DNA of 42,584 nucleotides from a virus (Duplodnaviria; Heunggongvirae; Uroviricota; Caudoviricetes): IMG/VR virus record IMGVR_UViG_2563366870_000004, positions 1 to 42,584 of that record; one strand, 5' to 3'. Shown piece by piece: positions 1 to 8,994 of this stretch (position 1 is its first letter; each line of letters starts with the position of its first letter). The notes under the pieces were generated by a model. It saw only the letters and a program-made list of their open reading frames with translations, ran no database searches and was not told where the DNA came from. The position numbers and the translations under genes were made by a program.

Positions 1-174
1 ATGCGAAAACGACACCGATTTAACAGTCGCATGACCCGTATCGTACTGCTCATCAGCTTTATCTTCTTCTTTGGCCGTTTTATCTACTCGTCCGTCGGTG
101 CCTGGCAGCACCATCAGAGCAAAAAAGAAGCTCAGCAATCCACACTCTCCGTCGAATCACCGGTACAACGTTAG
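1..174 (+). CDS. Small hydrophobic protein (57 aa), possible membrane peptide; ORF starts at window base 1 and is below the ORF-track size cut-off
   Basis: ATG at 1, in-frame TAG at 172-174; hydrophobic core LLISFIFFFGRFIY; no homology assignable. Confidence 0.3.
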   Translation: MRKRHRFNSRMTRIVLLISFIFFFGRFIYSSVGAWQHHQSKKEAQQSTLSVESPVQR

Positions 175-484
175 CGGTTACCTTCTCCACTCTCACAGAA
201 CATAACGGCACCTCGCTGTCGGATGCTTTTGCTCTTTGAGATTATCAAAGCGGCAGATATTCTTTCATCTTAAATTTTACGTCTTTGTTCTGACTGAAGT
301 TCATCCTGTTCGGCTGCGAAATAAATACATCATTAATACATATGTTGTGATGATGTATTTTTATAAATTATTTCCCGCATGAATTTTAATAAATTTAATC
401 TATTCCTTTATACGCAATACATTTACTTTCCTCTTTTGATGATCTTAAATGTCTCATTTTTCGTAATGTGTATAACAAGGAATA

Positions 485-1003
485 GTGATGAAATTTAAAA
501 AATGTCTTCTGCCTGTGGCAATGTTAGCGTCATTCACTCTGGCAGGATGCCAGTCAAATGCTGATGATCATGCCGCCGATGTTTATCAAACCGATCAACT
601 GAATACCAAACAAGAAACTAAAACCGTTAATATTATTTCCATTCTTCCCGCAAAAGTTGCCGTAGACAACGCCCAAAATAAACGGAACGCACAAGCCTTC
701 GGCGCGCTTATTGGCGCTGTCGCTGGCGGTGTTATCGGCCACAACGTCGGGTCTGGCAGCAATTCCGGAACGACGGCAGGTGCAGTTGGCGGCGGAGCTG
801 TAGGCGCGGCAGCGGGTTCGATGGTGAATGATAAAACCTTAGTGGAAGGTGTTTCTTTAACATATAAGGAAGGCACCAAAGTGTATACCTCCACCCAGGT
901 GGGTAAAGAGTGCCAGTTTACGACAGGTTTAGCCGTTGTTATTACCACGACGTATAACGAAACGCGTATTCAGCCAAATACCAAATGTCCTGAAAAGAGC
1001 TAA
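485..1003 (+). CDS. Lipoprotein with glycine-zipper domain (YcfJ/SlyB-like outer-membrane lipoprotein)
   Basis: Signal peptide plus lipobox LAGC; Gly/Ala-rich zipper GALIGAVAGGVIGHNVG; AT-rich promoter-like region upstream. Confidence 0.6.
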   Translation: MMKFKKCLLPVAMLASFTLAGCQSNADDHAADVYQTDQLNTKQETKTVNIISILPAKVAVDNAQNKRNAQAFGALIGAVAGGVIGHNVGSGSNSGTTAGAVGGGAVGAAAGSMVNDKTLVEGVSLTYKEGTKVYTSTQVGKECQFTTGLAVVITTTYNETRIQPNTKCPEKS

Positions 1004-1018
1004 TAATCAGGAGGAGTC

Positions 1019-1558
1019 ATGAAGAAAGTTTTTCTTTGCGCCATCTTAGCCTCCTTAAGCTATCCGGCTATCGCCTCATCATTGCAGGATCAACTCTCGG
1101 CTGTCGCAGAAGCGGAACAGCAAGGTAAAAATGAAGAGCAAAGGCAGCATGACGAATGGGTCGCGGAGCGCAACAGGGAAATCCAGCAAGAGAAGCAACG
1201 TCGCGCAAACGCCCAGGCCGCGGCTAATAAAAGAGCGGCAACGGCAGCAGCGAATAAGAAAGCTCGTCAGGATAAACTGGACGCCGAAGCCACTGCGGAC
1301 AAAAAACGCGATCAAAGTTATGAAGATGAGCTACGTAGCTTAGAGATTCAGAAACAAAAACTGGCGCTGGCGAAAGAAGAAGCCCGCGTCAAGCGCGAAA
1401 ACGAATTTATCGATCAGGAACTGAAGCACAAAGCTGCGCAAACCGATGTGGTGCAATCTGAAGCTGACGCAAACAGAAATATGACTGAAGGCGGTCGCGA
1501 TCTGATGAAAAGCGTGGGCAAAGCAGAAGAGAACAAATCGGACAGCTGGTTTAATTAA
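1019..1558 (+). CDS. Secreted charged coiled-coil protein of unknown function
   Basis: N-terminal signal peptide, highly charged Q/E/K/R/A-rich body; AGGAGG ribosome-binding site 6 nt upstream; co-oriented with the lipoprotein gene. Confidence 0.5.
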   Translation: MKKVFLCAILASLSYPAIASSLQDQLSAVAEAEQQGKNEEQRQHDEWVAERNREIQQEKQRRANAQAAANKRAATAAANKKARQDKLDAEATADKKRDQSYEDELRSLEIQKQKLALAKEEARVKRENEFIDQELKHKAAQTDVVQSEADANRNMTEGGRDLMKSVGKAEENKSDSWFN

Positions 1559-1599
1559 TCGATGTAAGTAACTTCAAGCCTATAATTCTTGAAGATAAA

Positions 1600-1629
1600 A
1601 AACCCTCTGTAGTAACAGAGGGTTTTGTT
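1600..1629 (+). terminator. Rho-independent terminator closing the lipoprotein operon
   Basis: Hairpin ACCCTCTGT-AGTA-ACAGAGGGT followed by TTTTGTT. Confidence 0.6.
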
Positions 1630-1754
1630 CATTCATAGTGCAGGGATCAAAATCATTCCCACTCAATTATTTACGGACACCATAACCAATTGACTGATAA
1701 CAACTTCCTGCAACCTGATTTTCACCGTACCGTTTTATATACCGTCACCGGAAA

Positions 1755-2252
1755 TCAGTGCCACGATTTTTGCTTCTTCAGTGAATCGTATTGCTGTTCG
1801 CAGGATTCTCCTGCAATCCGATACTTTTCAGCCTCAGCTGCTGTTGCGTTGTAAACTCGATTGCTTTCTTCAAGCATGTCGGCGAGCACACCGATGACCT
1901 TGCTGGCTGGCGTGCCAGTGGGGAAAGATCCGGTATAGTGTTCGGCGAGTCGCTTGGTTTTGTCAAGCTCGGCGCGCAGGCTGTCAGCAGCGGAATTAGC
2001 ATGCTCAGCATCAACACGCGCCACATCGATACGGGATTGTGCTTCACGTTCAATTTGTGTTTTCTCCTGATCACGTTGTGACCTGGCCTTATCATCAGCC
2101 TGTTTCTGATCTTCCTGTGCCTGCGCATACCCGGCATCATACTGGCGGCTGCCGTGTATATTCCAGGCAACCACTCCGACGATGAACAGAGCAGCAAGCA
2201 TCAACACGATAAGCAGCTGTTTCCAATATGCTTTTACGAATGTCAGGATCAT
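1755..2252 (-). CDS. Rz-like inner-membrane spanin (i-spanin)
   Basis: N-terminal TM helix, charged coiled-coil body, directly downstream of endolysin with ATGA overlap. Confidence 0.7.
   Translation of the reverse strand: MILTFVKAYWKQLLIVLMLAALFIVGVVAWNIHGSRQYDAGYAQAQEDQKQADDKARSQRDQEKTQIEREAQSRIDVARVDAEHANSAADSLRAELDKTKRLAEHYTGSFPTGTPASKVIGVLADMLEESNRVYNATAAEAEKYRIAGESCEQQYDSLKKQKSWH
1778..2026 (-). CDS. Rz1-like outer-membrane lipoprotein spanin (o-spanin), embedded in the +1 frame of Rz
   Basis: Internal start giving [17 protein letters not shown] lipobox followed by proline-rich segment; start could also be at 2011 or 2002. Confidence 0.5.
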   Translation of the reverse strand: MWRVLMLSMLIPLLTACAPSLTKPSDSPNTIPDLSPLARQPARSSVCSPTCLKKAIEFTTQQQLRLKSIGLQENPANSNTIH

Positions 2253-2878
2253 ACCGCCAGCACCTTACTGGCATTGATGTATCGCGCGCGCCGGTCGTCG
2301 ATGCCGTTCCGGCCACCATTGATAATCAGAGTTACACGTGCAATATCGCCGGTATACTTCATACATCCTTTGCTGGCGAAGAACCACGCCGCGCTACGAG
2401 CCGCATATTCGTCCTGCGCCAGCAGTTCAGGGCTCTCCAGCAGGTCAACCTTCAGACCGTTTCCGCAATCACGATAGTTATTCAAACCGGTAATCTGGAT
2501 AAGTCCGCGCCCACGGTAATTCCAGCCATCGCCGGGAGCACCGTTCCCCATGCGTTTGCTGTACACCAGATTTGCGATCGCGCGCTGGCGCTCGAGTGGC
2601 AATGGTGGTTCACCAGCACGGCGACCCAGTGCATTAGCCTGTCCATGGGTAAGACGCCCAGCCCGAACGAAGTTAGCCAGTCCGGTGACGCTGTAGTTGA
2701 AATTTTCCTGCAACCGGGTGAAGCCCCCAGACTCATGCCCGACCTGAGCAATAAACATTGCCTGATCTTCTGCTTTGCTGATACCAAACTCTTTCATCGC
2801 AGAAGTTATATGCGAGAACCAGCGTGCGGCCAGCGCCTCGCTAATACCAGCAGCTCGCTGGAATTGTTTAATCTCCAT
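2249..2878 (-). CDS. Endolysin, glycoside hydrolase family 19 (chitinase-like lysozyme)
   Basis: Motifs [38 protein letters not shown] match the GH19 endolysin signature as recalled for epsilon15-like phages (e.g. SPN1S). Confidence 0.85.
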   Translation of the reverse strand: MEIKQFQRAAGISEALAARWFSHITSAMKEFGISKAEDQAMFIAQVGHESGGFTRLQENFNYSVTGLANFVRAGRLTHGQANALGRRAGEPPLPLERQRAIANLVYSKRMGNGAPGDGWNYRGRGLIQITGLNNYRDCGNGLKVDLLESPELLAQDEYAARSAAWFFASKGCMKYTGDIARVTLIINGGRNGIDDRRARYINASKVLAV

Positions 2879-3176
2879 GTTTAGACCTCGTTATTTTAAA
2901 AATCTGCACGACGTTACCGCGCGTTTTAATAACCGCAGCAAGCATGGCAGCATTGATAATGACCTCAGATAAATCCACAGCCATTGGTATGCGTAACCAG
3001 ATTGCATAGACGACACGAACTGGAATACTGGCTGCAGCAACAATCAGGAAATAAGCAAGCCACCCACCCCATCTTCGGTGTTGCGAACCGTTACGCCGGA
3101 AACTGACAACGCGAATTGCTATGCCAGTACAAATAACTGCATTGGTGATAAGCAAAAAAAGCTCATGCGTTACCAT
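2868..3176 (-). CDS. Holin-like small membrane protein (holin or antiholin partner)
   Basis: 102 aa, about 3 predicted TM helices, immediately upstream of endolysin, AT-rich. Confidence 0.45.
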   Translation of the reverse strand: MVTHELFLLITNAVICTGIAIRVVSFRRNGSQHRRWGGWLAYFLIVAAASIPVRVVYAIWLRIPMAVDLSEVIINAAMLAAVIKTRGNVVQIFKITRSKHGD

Positions 3177-3576
3177 CGTCTTTTCTCCCCGGAATTAGCT
3201 CGCGTGGATTATCGGAACGGTGATAGAGCCAGATGCCAATTCGCACTGCAACAATTGCTGACACGAAAGCGCCAGCAGAGAAAACAATCCCTTTCTCAAA
3301 CGAGTCCTGCGTAATGGTAGGGATCAGGCTGGCTATGCCGATAAGAATTGATGCTGCTGGTTTGTAGAAAAGAAGTCCGCAGATAAAGCTAAGCATAGAC
3401 AATAGTACGCGACGACGCATTGGGTACTCTACCGCAGAGGTAATAAAAATTACTGCACCAGCCAAAGACCCCAAAGCAACCTCAGGAGGTGCTCCTGCTA
3501 TAACTGCCGCCAGAGAACTCATGCTAAGCCACTGATTTAAAGACTCATTAGTAATTTGCATCGACATAACCAACAC
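3163..3576 (-). CDS. Putative holin
   Basis: 137 aa multi-TM protein at the head of the lysis cassette; true start may be an internal Met a few codons in. Confidence 0.5.
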   Translation of the reverse strand: MLVMSMQITNESLNQWLSMSSLAAVIAGAPPEVALGSLAGAVIFITSAVEYPMRRRVLLSMLSFICGLLFYKPAASILIGIASLIPTITQDSFEKGIVFSAGAFVSAIVAVRIGIWLYHRSDNPRELIPGRKDDGNA

Positions 3577-3658
3577 CGTTTATTATGCATAAATAATCAA
3601 TTAACTGGCGGATAAATTATATACAACAACCATATATGGTTAATACGCATTGTTTGTA

Positions 3659-5767
3659 TCATTTACTAATCAGTGTTAACTTATTGTCAGTAGTGTTGAT
3701 TTCAGGATTATATGGCGCATCAACATATGACCCCGTCGTTGTCGTGCCTGTTGCGTTTATTTGTCCGCCCCCACTCGCTTTATAGCCTGTAAATGCGCTT
3801 CCTGATGTTGAGTTTGTTGCGTCAATAAATGAACCAAGTCCTTCTGCAGAAAATGAATATTGCCCCGATTCTTCTACTACTGAATTTCTGGCTGATATTC
3901 TTCCTGATGCCGTGGCTCTGAATCCATTGCTTGGTTTTCCTCTAACTTTAAACCCGTCGGCGCTGACTTTTGCGTTCTGAGCAATAATTGTTGTACCTGT
4001 AGTTGTCTGAGACTCTCCATTGGTACATTTAACTATTGCTCCATCCATTGCATAGATAGCTACAGCAGGAGAACCATGGAAAGTTGTTCTGTCAACGTCA
4101 ACTGTTGAGTTAATTGCAGATATTGAATTGCCTGAACTGTTCGTTATGTCGCCATCTGGTGCATGAAGAACCCCCATTGACTGTACTGTTGCTCTACCAT
4201 ACATAGTAAACTTATCAGTTGTTGCTACCTGGAAAAATGCCTTTCCTCCTTTCTCAATTAAAAGCGCAAGAGCATCTGGTTTGTTTATTGTGCAATTTGG
4301 AGAAACCAACGTGGAACCCTGCGAAACAGTCACAGGTAGAATATTTTCACTCTCAGTAAACCCGTCAGCTCGTAGAAAAGACCCTAACGCCACACTAATT
4401 CCACGTTGAGCATTGTTTTTAGTTTGAAGATTAATAGCGTAAGCGTAACTGCTTCCGGTCAACACAAGGCCAGACCCGCCTACATTTGACGAGTTGTGTG
4501 TCTCTGCATTCTGAGCAATACAGTTAGGCATATAAAGCTGCCCTCCAGAATATGCGATGTAGCAATGACCTTTCGGGTTGCTTGCTGTAGAGTCTGGACA
4601 ATAGATATAACCACCTTCAGAGGCAGCGAAACAATCAGAACCTGTAGTATCGACTTTAACCCCAGGAACAAAAGCTATACCATGCCTCTCAGCCATAACT
4701 CCACACCTGGAAAACTGAGTTATTCTTACGCTTTCATCAAGTACAACAACACCGCCGTCAAACGCCCTTATCCCCATTGAATCAAGATATGGATCATCAA
4801 TTCCTGAATCTCTGTCAATTCCTGATATAGTTAAATTACTAAATATTGGTATTATATCACCACCACTCACGGGAAACTGTGGCGCATGACCATAACACTC
4901 ACCTGCTTCAGCATAAATTCCGTCCTGTTTAAGAAACTGAATAATTGTCAAATCCATTCCTTCACCAACAAATTTAAGTCGGCCAAAACCCCACTCTTTC
5001 CCAAAAATCTTATTTAGAGTATTCCAATTATGAGTGCCTGCTGAGACATGTACTATTACTTGCGTGCCGGTATAGCATCTATTTTCAAGATATTCTGCTA
5101 AAGAATCTGCATTAGCAAAATCATCAGGAATAGAAAACACGAATGACGTCAGTGGGATTTTTACATTATCTAAAACTGACTGAACGGTTAATCCCTGCAA
5201 TGTACCAATTATTCCAGCCCCAGCTGCGCTTTCCAGCAAAGAGCGCAATGCAGAAGCAGATGCGCTTTTATCAATAAAAAGGTTTTCTACAAAATTACGG
5301 TTTACACCATCGTTCGGAAGAATTGGGCTTGCTAAGTTTTGGATTCTGTTATCACGAGCATCATAATAATTTGATAAACGTGATGGCTTTCTGAGTGCAA
5401 GAGATAGACCAGAAAAAGACTGCTGAATCAGCATCGTCAGGTAGTCAAATGCATCCTCATGAACTTCTGGAAAAAAATTCCCCTGATTTCGAAGGTCAGT
5501 CTCCTGCACCACATCAAGCACACGCTCTATAGTGATTCGCCAGCCAGCAGCAAGCGGCGACGGAAGAACCACTGTACCACCACTATAAGCTCCCACCCCA
5601 ATTACCGTATAACCGGTATCCAGAACCAATTCTGTTACGTTCCCGTTCAGGTCAGACACCTGAACAACCAGGTCTGATTTTCTGAAAATTCGAAAAGTAT
5701 ACGGAAACGATGTCGTAACGCCGTTACCTGTGTATTCGTTGTGGTCAACTTTGGTTGAGACCGTCAT
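3659..5767 (-). CDS. Tailspike/tail fibre with T7 gp17-like N-terminal particle-binding domain and beta-helix body
   Basis: N-terminus YTGNGVTTSFPYTFRIF...LVVQV resembles the T7 tail-fibre adaptor pattern; central region has beta-helix-like repeats (hydrolase or lyase type not determined). Confidence 0.8.
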   Translation of the reverse strand: MTVSTKVDHNEYTGNGVTTSFPYTFRIFRKSDLVVQVSDLNGNVTELVLDTGYTVIGVGAYSGGTVVLPSPLAAGWRITIERVLDVVQETDLRNQGNFFPEVHEDAFDYLTMLIQQSFSGLSLALRKPSRLSNYYDARDNRIQNLASPILPNDGVNRNFVENLFIDKSASASALRSLLESAAGAGIIGTLQGLTVQSVLDNVKIPLTSFVFSIPDDFANADSLAEYLENRCYTGTQVIVHVSAGTHNWNTLNKIFGKEWGFGRLKFVGEGMDLTIIQFLKQDGIYAEAGECYGHAPQFPVSGGDIIPIFSNLTISGIDRDSGIDDPYLDSMGIRAFDGGVVVLDESVRITQFSRCGVMAERHGIAFVPGVKVDTTGSDCFAASEGGYIYCPDSTASNPKGHCYIAYSGGQLYMPNCIAQNAETHNSSNVGGSGLVLTGSSYAYAINLQTKNNAQRGISVALGSFLRADGFTESENILPVTVSQGSTLVSPNCTINKPDALALLIEKGGKAFFQVATTDKFTMYGRATVQSMGVLHAPDGDITNSSGNSISAINSTVDVDRTTFHGSPAVAIYAMDGAIVKCTNGESQTTTGTTIIAQNAKVSADGFKVRGKPSNGFRATASGRISARNSVVEESGQYSFSAEGLGSFIDATNSTSGSAFTGYKASGGGQINATGTTTTGSYVDAPYNPEINTTDNKLTLISK

Positions 5768-5820
5768 GTTAAATCTCCAGATAGTCGCAGCACCCGTTGC
5801 GCCGCATATCTGGTTATTCT

Positions 5821-5843
5821 ATTACCTGAAAAACCACATATGG
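5821..5843. promoter_or_regulatory. Conserved box ATTACCTGAAAAACCACATATGG (half-site plus AAAACCACATATG)
   Basis: Near-identical box recurs at 27665-27687 and 34239-34261, each 50-63 bp from a full palindromic site. Confidence 0.4.
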
Positions 5844-5870
5844 ATAGAAAGACTGTGAATATGAATAGAT

Positions 5871-5887
5871 ATTACCTTTCAGGTAAT
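5871..5887. promoter_or_regulatory. Operator-like palindrome ATTACCT-TTC-AGGTAAT (perfect)
   Basis: Perfect 7-3-7 inverted repeat in the intergenic region upstream of the tailspike gene and just left of the IS insertion. Confidence 0.6.
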
Positions 5888-6036
5888 TTGCAAAACGTGC
5901 TGGATAGCAAACAAATTATTTGCTACTGTATAAACATGGGTCTTCCCCTGTTGTGGTGGGTGGTACATAATTGAGTGATTTTCAAACACCACACAGTACC
6001 TTTATGGTGTCTCTTTTTACATGAGAGGGAATTCTT

Positions 6037-6555
6037 ATGAGTGTGCCGCAAACAAAAGCTGAACTGCTTTTAGCTATTGATAAAAATTTTAGTAAATTAA
6101 TTAGTTACCTCAACACAATCCCACCAGAAATTACTTCAGATAAATCAATGGACGGACACGCCAAAGGAACGGAGATGAGTGTTCGTGATCTCGTTTCGTA
6201 TCTGCTTGGATGGAATGCTCTTGTTGTAAAGTGGATCGCTTCTGATGCTAAAGGTCTGCCTGTCGATTTTCCGGAAACTGGCTATAAATGGAATCAGCTT
6301 GGCCTTCTTGCTCAAAAATTTTACTCAGATTACAGTGAGTTAAGTTATGAGTTGTTAGTAGCTGAACTTCAGACTGTAAAAAATGAGATTGTGAACCTTA
6401 TTAATGATCGTACCGATGATATTTTGTATGGAAGACCATGGTACACAAAATGGACGATGGGGAGAATGATCTCATTTAACACATCTTCGCCTTACGCCAA
6501 CGCTAATGGAAGATTAAGAAAGTGGGCAAAAAATAATAATATCAGTTTAAAGTAA
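6037..6555 (+). CDS. ClbS/DfsB-like (DUF1706) protein, putative colibactin-type genotoxin resistance
   Basis: 172 aa; motifs GHAKGT, DLVSYLLGW, WYTKWTMGRMISFNTSSPYANANGRLRKW match my recollection of the ClbS family; GAGAGGG ribosome-binding site. Confidence 0.55.
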   Translation: MSVPQTKAELLLAIDKNFSKLISYLNTIPPEITSDKSMDGHAKGTEMSVRDLVSYLLGWNALVVKWIASDAKGLPVDFPETGYKWNQLGLLAQKFYSDYSELSYELLVAELQTVKNEIVNLINDRTDDILYGRPWYTKWTMGRMISFNTSSPYANANGRLRKWAKNNNISLK

Positions 6556-6573
6556 GCTTCAGAATGAAATTAT

Positions 6574-7794
6574 ATGGACGAAAAATCCCTCTATGCCCAT
6601 ATCCTTAACCTGACTGCACCATGGCAGGTTAAATCCCTTACCCTCGATGAAAATGCAGGTTCCGTTACTGTTACAGTCGGAATTGCTGAAAATACTCAGT
6701 TAACCTGTCCGACCTGCAGGAAATCCTGTTCTGTTCACGATCACCGACATCGTAAATGGCGCCACCTTGATACCTGCCAGTTCATGACATTAGTAGAAGC
6801 CGATGTTCCCCGCGTTATGTGCCCGGAGCATGGCTGCCAGACTCTGCCTGTACCGTGGGCAGGTTCCGGCAGTCGGTACACTCTGCTGTTCGAATCGTTC
6901 GTGCTCTCATGGCTTAAAATCAGCACCGTTGATGCGGTCAGAAAACAACTTAAACTTAGCTGGAATGCCGTTGACGGCATCATGACCCGCGCGGTTAAGC
7001 GAGGCCTGTCGCGGATTAAAAAGCCTTTATCAGTGCGTCATATGAATGTAGACGAAGTCGCCTTTAAAAAAGGGCATAGGTATATAACCGTGGTATCTGA
7101 TCGCGACGGGCGGGCACTGGCATTAACCGATGATCGTGGCACAGAGAGTCTTGCCAGCTATCTCCGTTCGCTTACTGACAGTCAGTTGTTGGCCATCAAA
7201 ACACTGTCGATGGACATGAATGCGGGCTATATAAGAGCAGCGCGTATCCATTTACCCAATGCGGTCGAGAAAATCGCCTTCGATCGCTTCCATGTGGCGA
7301 AGCAACTGGGCGAAGTGGTTGATAAAACCCGCCAGAATGAACATCCGCACCTCCCTGTTGAAAGTCGTCGTCAGGCCAAAGGTACCCGCTTCCTGTGGCA
7401 GTACAGCGACAAATGGATGACTGAGTCCCGGCAGGAAAAGCTGATGTGGTTGCGGGAACAGATGCAACAGACAAGCCAGTGCTGGACACTGAAAGAGCTG
7501 GCAAAAAATATCTGGGATCGCCCCTGGAGCACAGAACGCAGGAATGACTGGTTGCAGTGGATATCGCTGGCGTCTGAATGTGATGTGCCGATGATGAAAA
7601 ACGCAGCGAAAACCATTAAAAAACGGTTATACGGAATACTGAATGCAATGCGTCATCGCGTCTCGAATGGAAATGCGGAGGCGCTGAACAGCAAGATCAG
7701 ACTGCTGAGGATAAAGGCCAGGGGATACCGAAACCGGGAACGCTTTAAACTGGGAGTTATGTTCCACTATGGGAAACTGAATATGGCGTACTGA
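6574..7794 (+). CDS. ISL3-family transposase
   Basis: 406 aa; N-terminal zinc-finger CPTC...H.H...C..H region and overall ISL3 transposase similarity. Confidence 0.9.
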   Translation: MDEKSLYAHILNLTAPWQVKSLTLDENAGSVTVTVGIAENTQLTCPTCRKSCSVHDHRHRKWRHLDTCQFMTLVEADVPRVMCPEHGCQTLPVPWAGSGSRYTLLFESFVLSWLKISTVDAVRKQLKLSWNAVDGIMTRAVKRGLSRIKKPLSVRHMNVDEVAFKKGHRYITVVSDRDGRALALTDDRGTESLASYLRSLTDSQLLAIKTLSMDMNAGYIRAARIHLPNAVEKIAFDRFHVAKQLGEVVDKTRQNEHPHLPVESRRQAKGTRFLWQYSDKWMTESRQEKLMWLREQMQQTSQCWTLKELAKNIWDRPWSTERRNDWLQWISLASECDVPMMKNAAKTIKKRLYGILNAMRHRVSNGNAEALNSKIRLLRIKARGYRNRERFKLGVMFHYGKLNMAY

Positions 7795-7841
7795 GTCTTC
7801 CCACCATGATCGGGGAAGACCCATAAACATACAGTTATTGC

Positions 7842-8114
7842 ATGGAGAAGATTAAGATGCAGCAGTATCACTATCCACTGGAAGACGGATTTACCGAAAG
7901 GATTCACACGCCGGGAGGCGTCAGGTCACTGGTGGAGGGATCGCACTTGATGAAATTACTCCGGGATCTCGATAAGGATGGATTTAATGTCGATGGCCCA
8001 CTTGCCGAACTGACTGCACTGATTAACTACGTCACCAGCTCACAGATGTCTATGCAGGATCTGCAAACACATCTCGACTATTGTGCCGAACAATTACGAA
8101 AACAAACCCGGTAA
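7842..8114 (+). CDS. Small protein homologous to the C-terminal domain of the anti-repressor at 9256-9951
   Basis: LMKLLRDLDKDGFNVDGPLAELTALINYV...DLQTHLDYCAEQ aligns with LMNLLNQLQEDGHDVSGAAAELTTMFCYI...DIQTHAEYINDK. Confidence 0.5.
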   Translation: MEKIKMQQYHYPLEDGFTERIHTPGGVRSLVEGSHLMKLLRDLDKDGFNVDGPLAELTALINYVTSSQMSMQDLQTHLDYCAEQLRKQTR

Positions 8115-8121
8115 ATTTAAA

Positions 8122-8137
8122 GGCCGCAAGAGCGGCC
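8122..8137. terminator. Bidirectional hairpin between convergent genes
   Basis: GGCCGC-AAGA-GCGGCC perfect stem between the 8114 (+) and 8137 (-) gene ends. Confidence 0.5.
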
Positions 8138-8865
8138 TATCGTTTCGCTTTGTGCTCATCCCAGCACGTTTTGCACCATGCCATTAAGCCGTCCGCATTT
8201 TGATTATTAGGGTAAAAGCTGGTTCGTTTTCTGCGGACATTACAAATTGGGCACCACTTCATATGGCGTGTATTCTTTGGGCCATCGAGACACCTTGCAC
8301 ACCACTTAGTCAATCCATCTGGATTTTTTGACGATTTCCTGAATTTTTCATATGGAAGGTTTATTCTGCATCGCAAGCACTGCTTGCTACCACTTGAAAC
8401 TCTGTTAGCTGATTCTTCTTTTGGCGGCGATACAGAAGGTATTCTTGCTGGCTCTGATACTGCCTGAGGTGCTTTTTTAGATGACTGAGACGATATGTCA
8501 TCACCAGGGAATCTTCCATGATATGCCGGACGCGTTGACACTCCAGGTGGAAGCTCAGCTGTAAACGGCTTTGGCTGAATCAGTTGCCTCTCTTTTGCTA
8601 ACTCCTGCTGTTTATAATATGTCTGGATTACCGCACTATCATAAGCAGGAGGTGCGGAAATATTAGGCGCATTACCTCCAGTTTTTTGAAACTGAGTAGA
8701 GGTGTGTTCTATCACCTGTGTACGATTAATCGTTATCTCCCCATCTTCGGTCTTTATCGTTTTGTTATGATTAACGACCGTACGATCAGAGATCTTAGTC
8801 TTGTTCTGGTTGATAACGTAAATAATCACCGCAACCACACCAACAACTATCCAGAAAACTTCCAT
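8137..8865 (-). CDS. Membrane-anchored protein with tandem C-terminal CxxC zinc-ribbon repeats, unknown function
   Basis: N-terminal TM helix, Pro/Ser-rich linker, two repeats of CxxC-x17-20-DGL-x2-WCxxC; GAGGAAAA ribosome-binding site; palindromic operator-like site about 20 bp upstream. Confidence 0.55.
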   Translation of the reverse strand: MEVFWIVVGVVAVIIYVINQNKTKISDRTVVNHNKTIKTEDGEITINRTQVIEHTSTQFQKTGGNAPNISAPPAYDSAVIQTYYKQQELAKERQLIQPKPFTAELPPGVSTRPAYHGRFPGDDISSQSSKKAPQAVSEPARIPSVSPPKEESANRVSSGSKQCLRCRINLPYEKFRKSSKNPDGLTKWCARCLDGPKNTRHMKWCPICNVRRKRTSFYPNNQNADGLMAWCKTCWDEHKAKR

Positions 8866-8884
8866 TGCTTTTCCTCACAATAAC

Positions 8885-8901
8885 ATTACCTTAAAGGTAA
8901 T
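8885..8901. promoter_or_regulatory. Operator-like palindrome ATTACCT-TAA-AGGTAAT (perfect)
   Basis: Perfect 7-3-7 inverted repeat in the divergent intergenic region between 8137-8865 (-) and the anti-repressor (+). Confidence 0.6.
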
Positions 8902-8977
8902 ATCTTGCTTTCAGGTGATCAAGCGTTAAACGCAATCAACCAAATACGGTTGATTTTTATATTTATCAGCGTTTATC

Positions 8978-8994
8978 ATTACCTTTGCGGTAAA
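8978..8994. promoter_or_regulatory. Degenerate operator-like site ATTACCT-TTG-CGGTAAA
   Basis: 2 mismatches to the palindrome consensus; 93 bp from the site at 8885. Confidence 0.4.

Larger units (their letters stand above)
5938..7822 (+). mobile_element. ISL3-family insertion sequence carrying a passenger gene (ClbS-like) plus transposase
   Basis: Imperfect terminal inverted repeats GGGTCTTCCCC...TGGTGGG at both ends; perfect 8-bp direct repeat ATAAACAT at 5930-5937 and 7823-7830. Confidence 0.7.

Noticed and set aside
2228-2884. 218-aa plus-strand ORF overlapping the endolysin gene
   Set aside because: Antisense to a well-supported GH19 endolysin with conserved motifs; composition looks like a GC-rich shadow frame with no ribosome-binding site.
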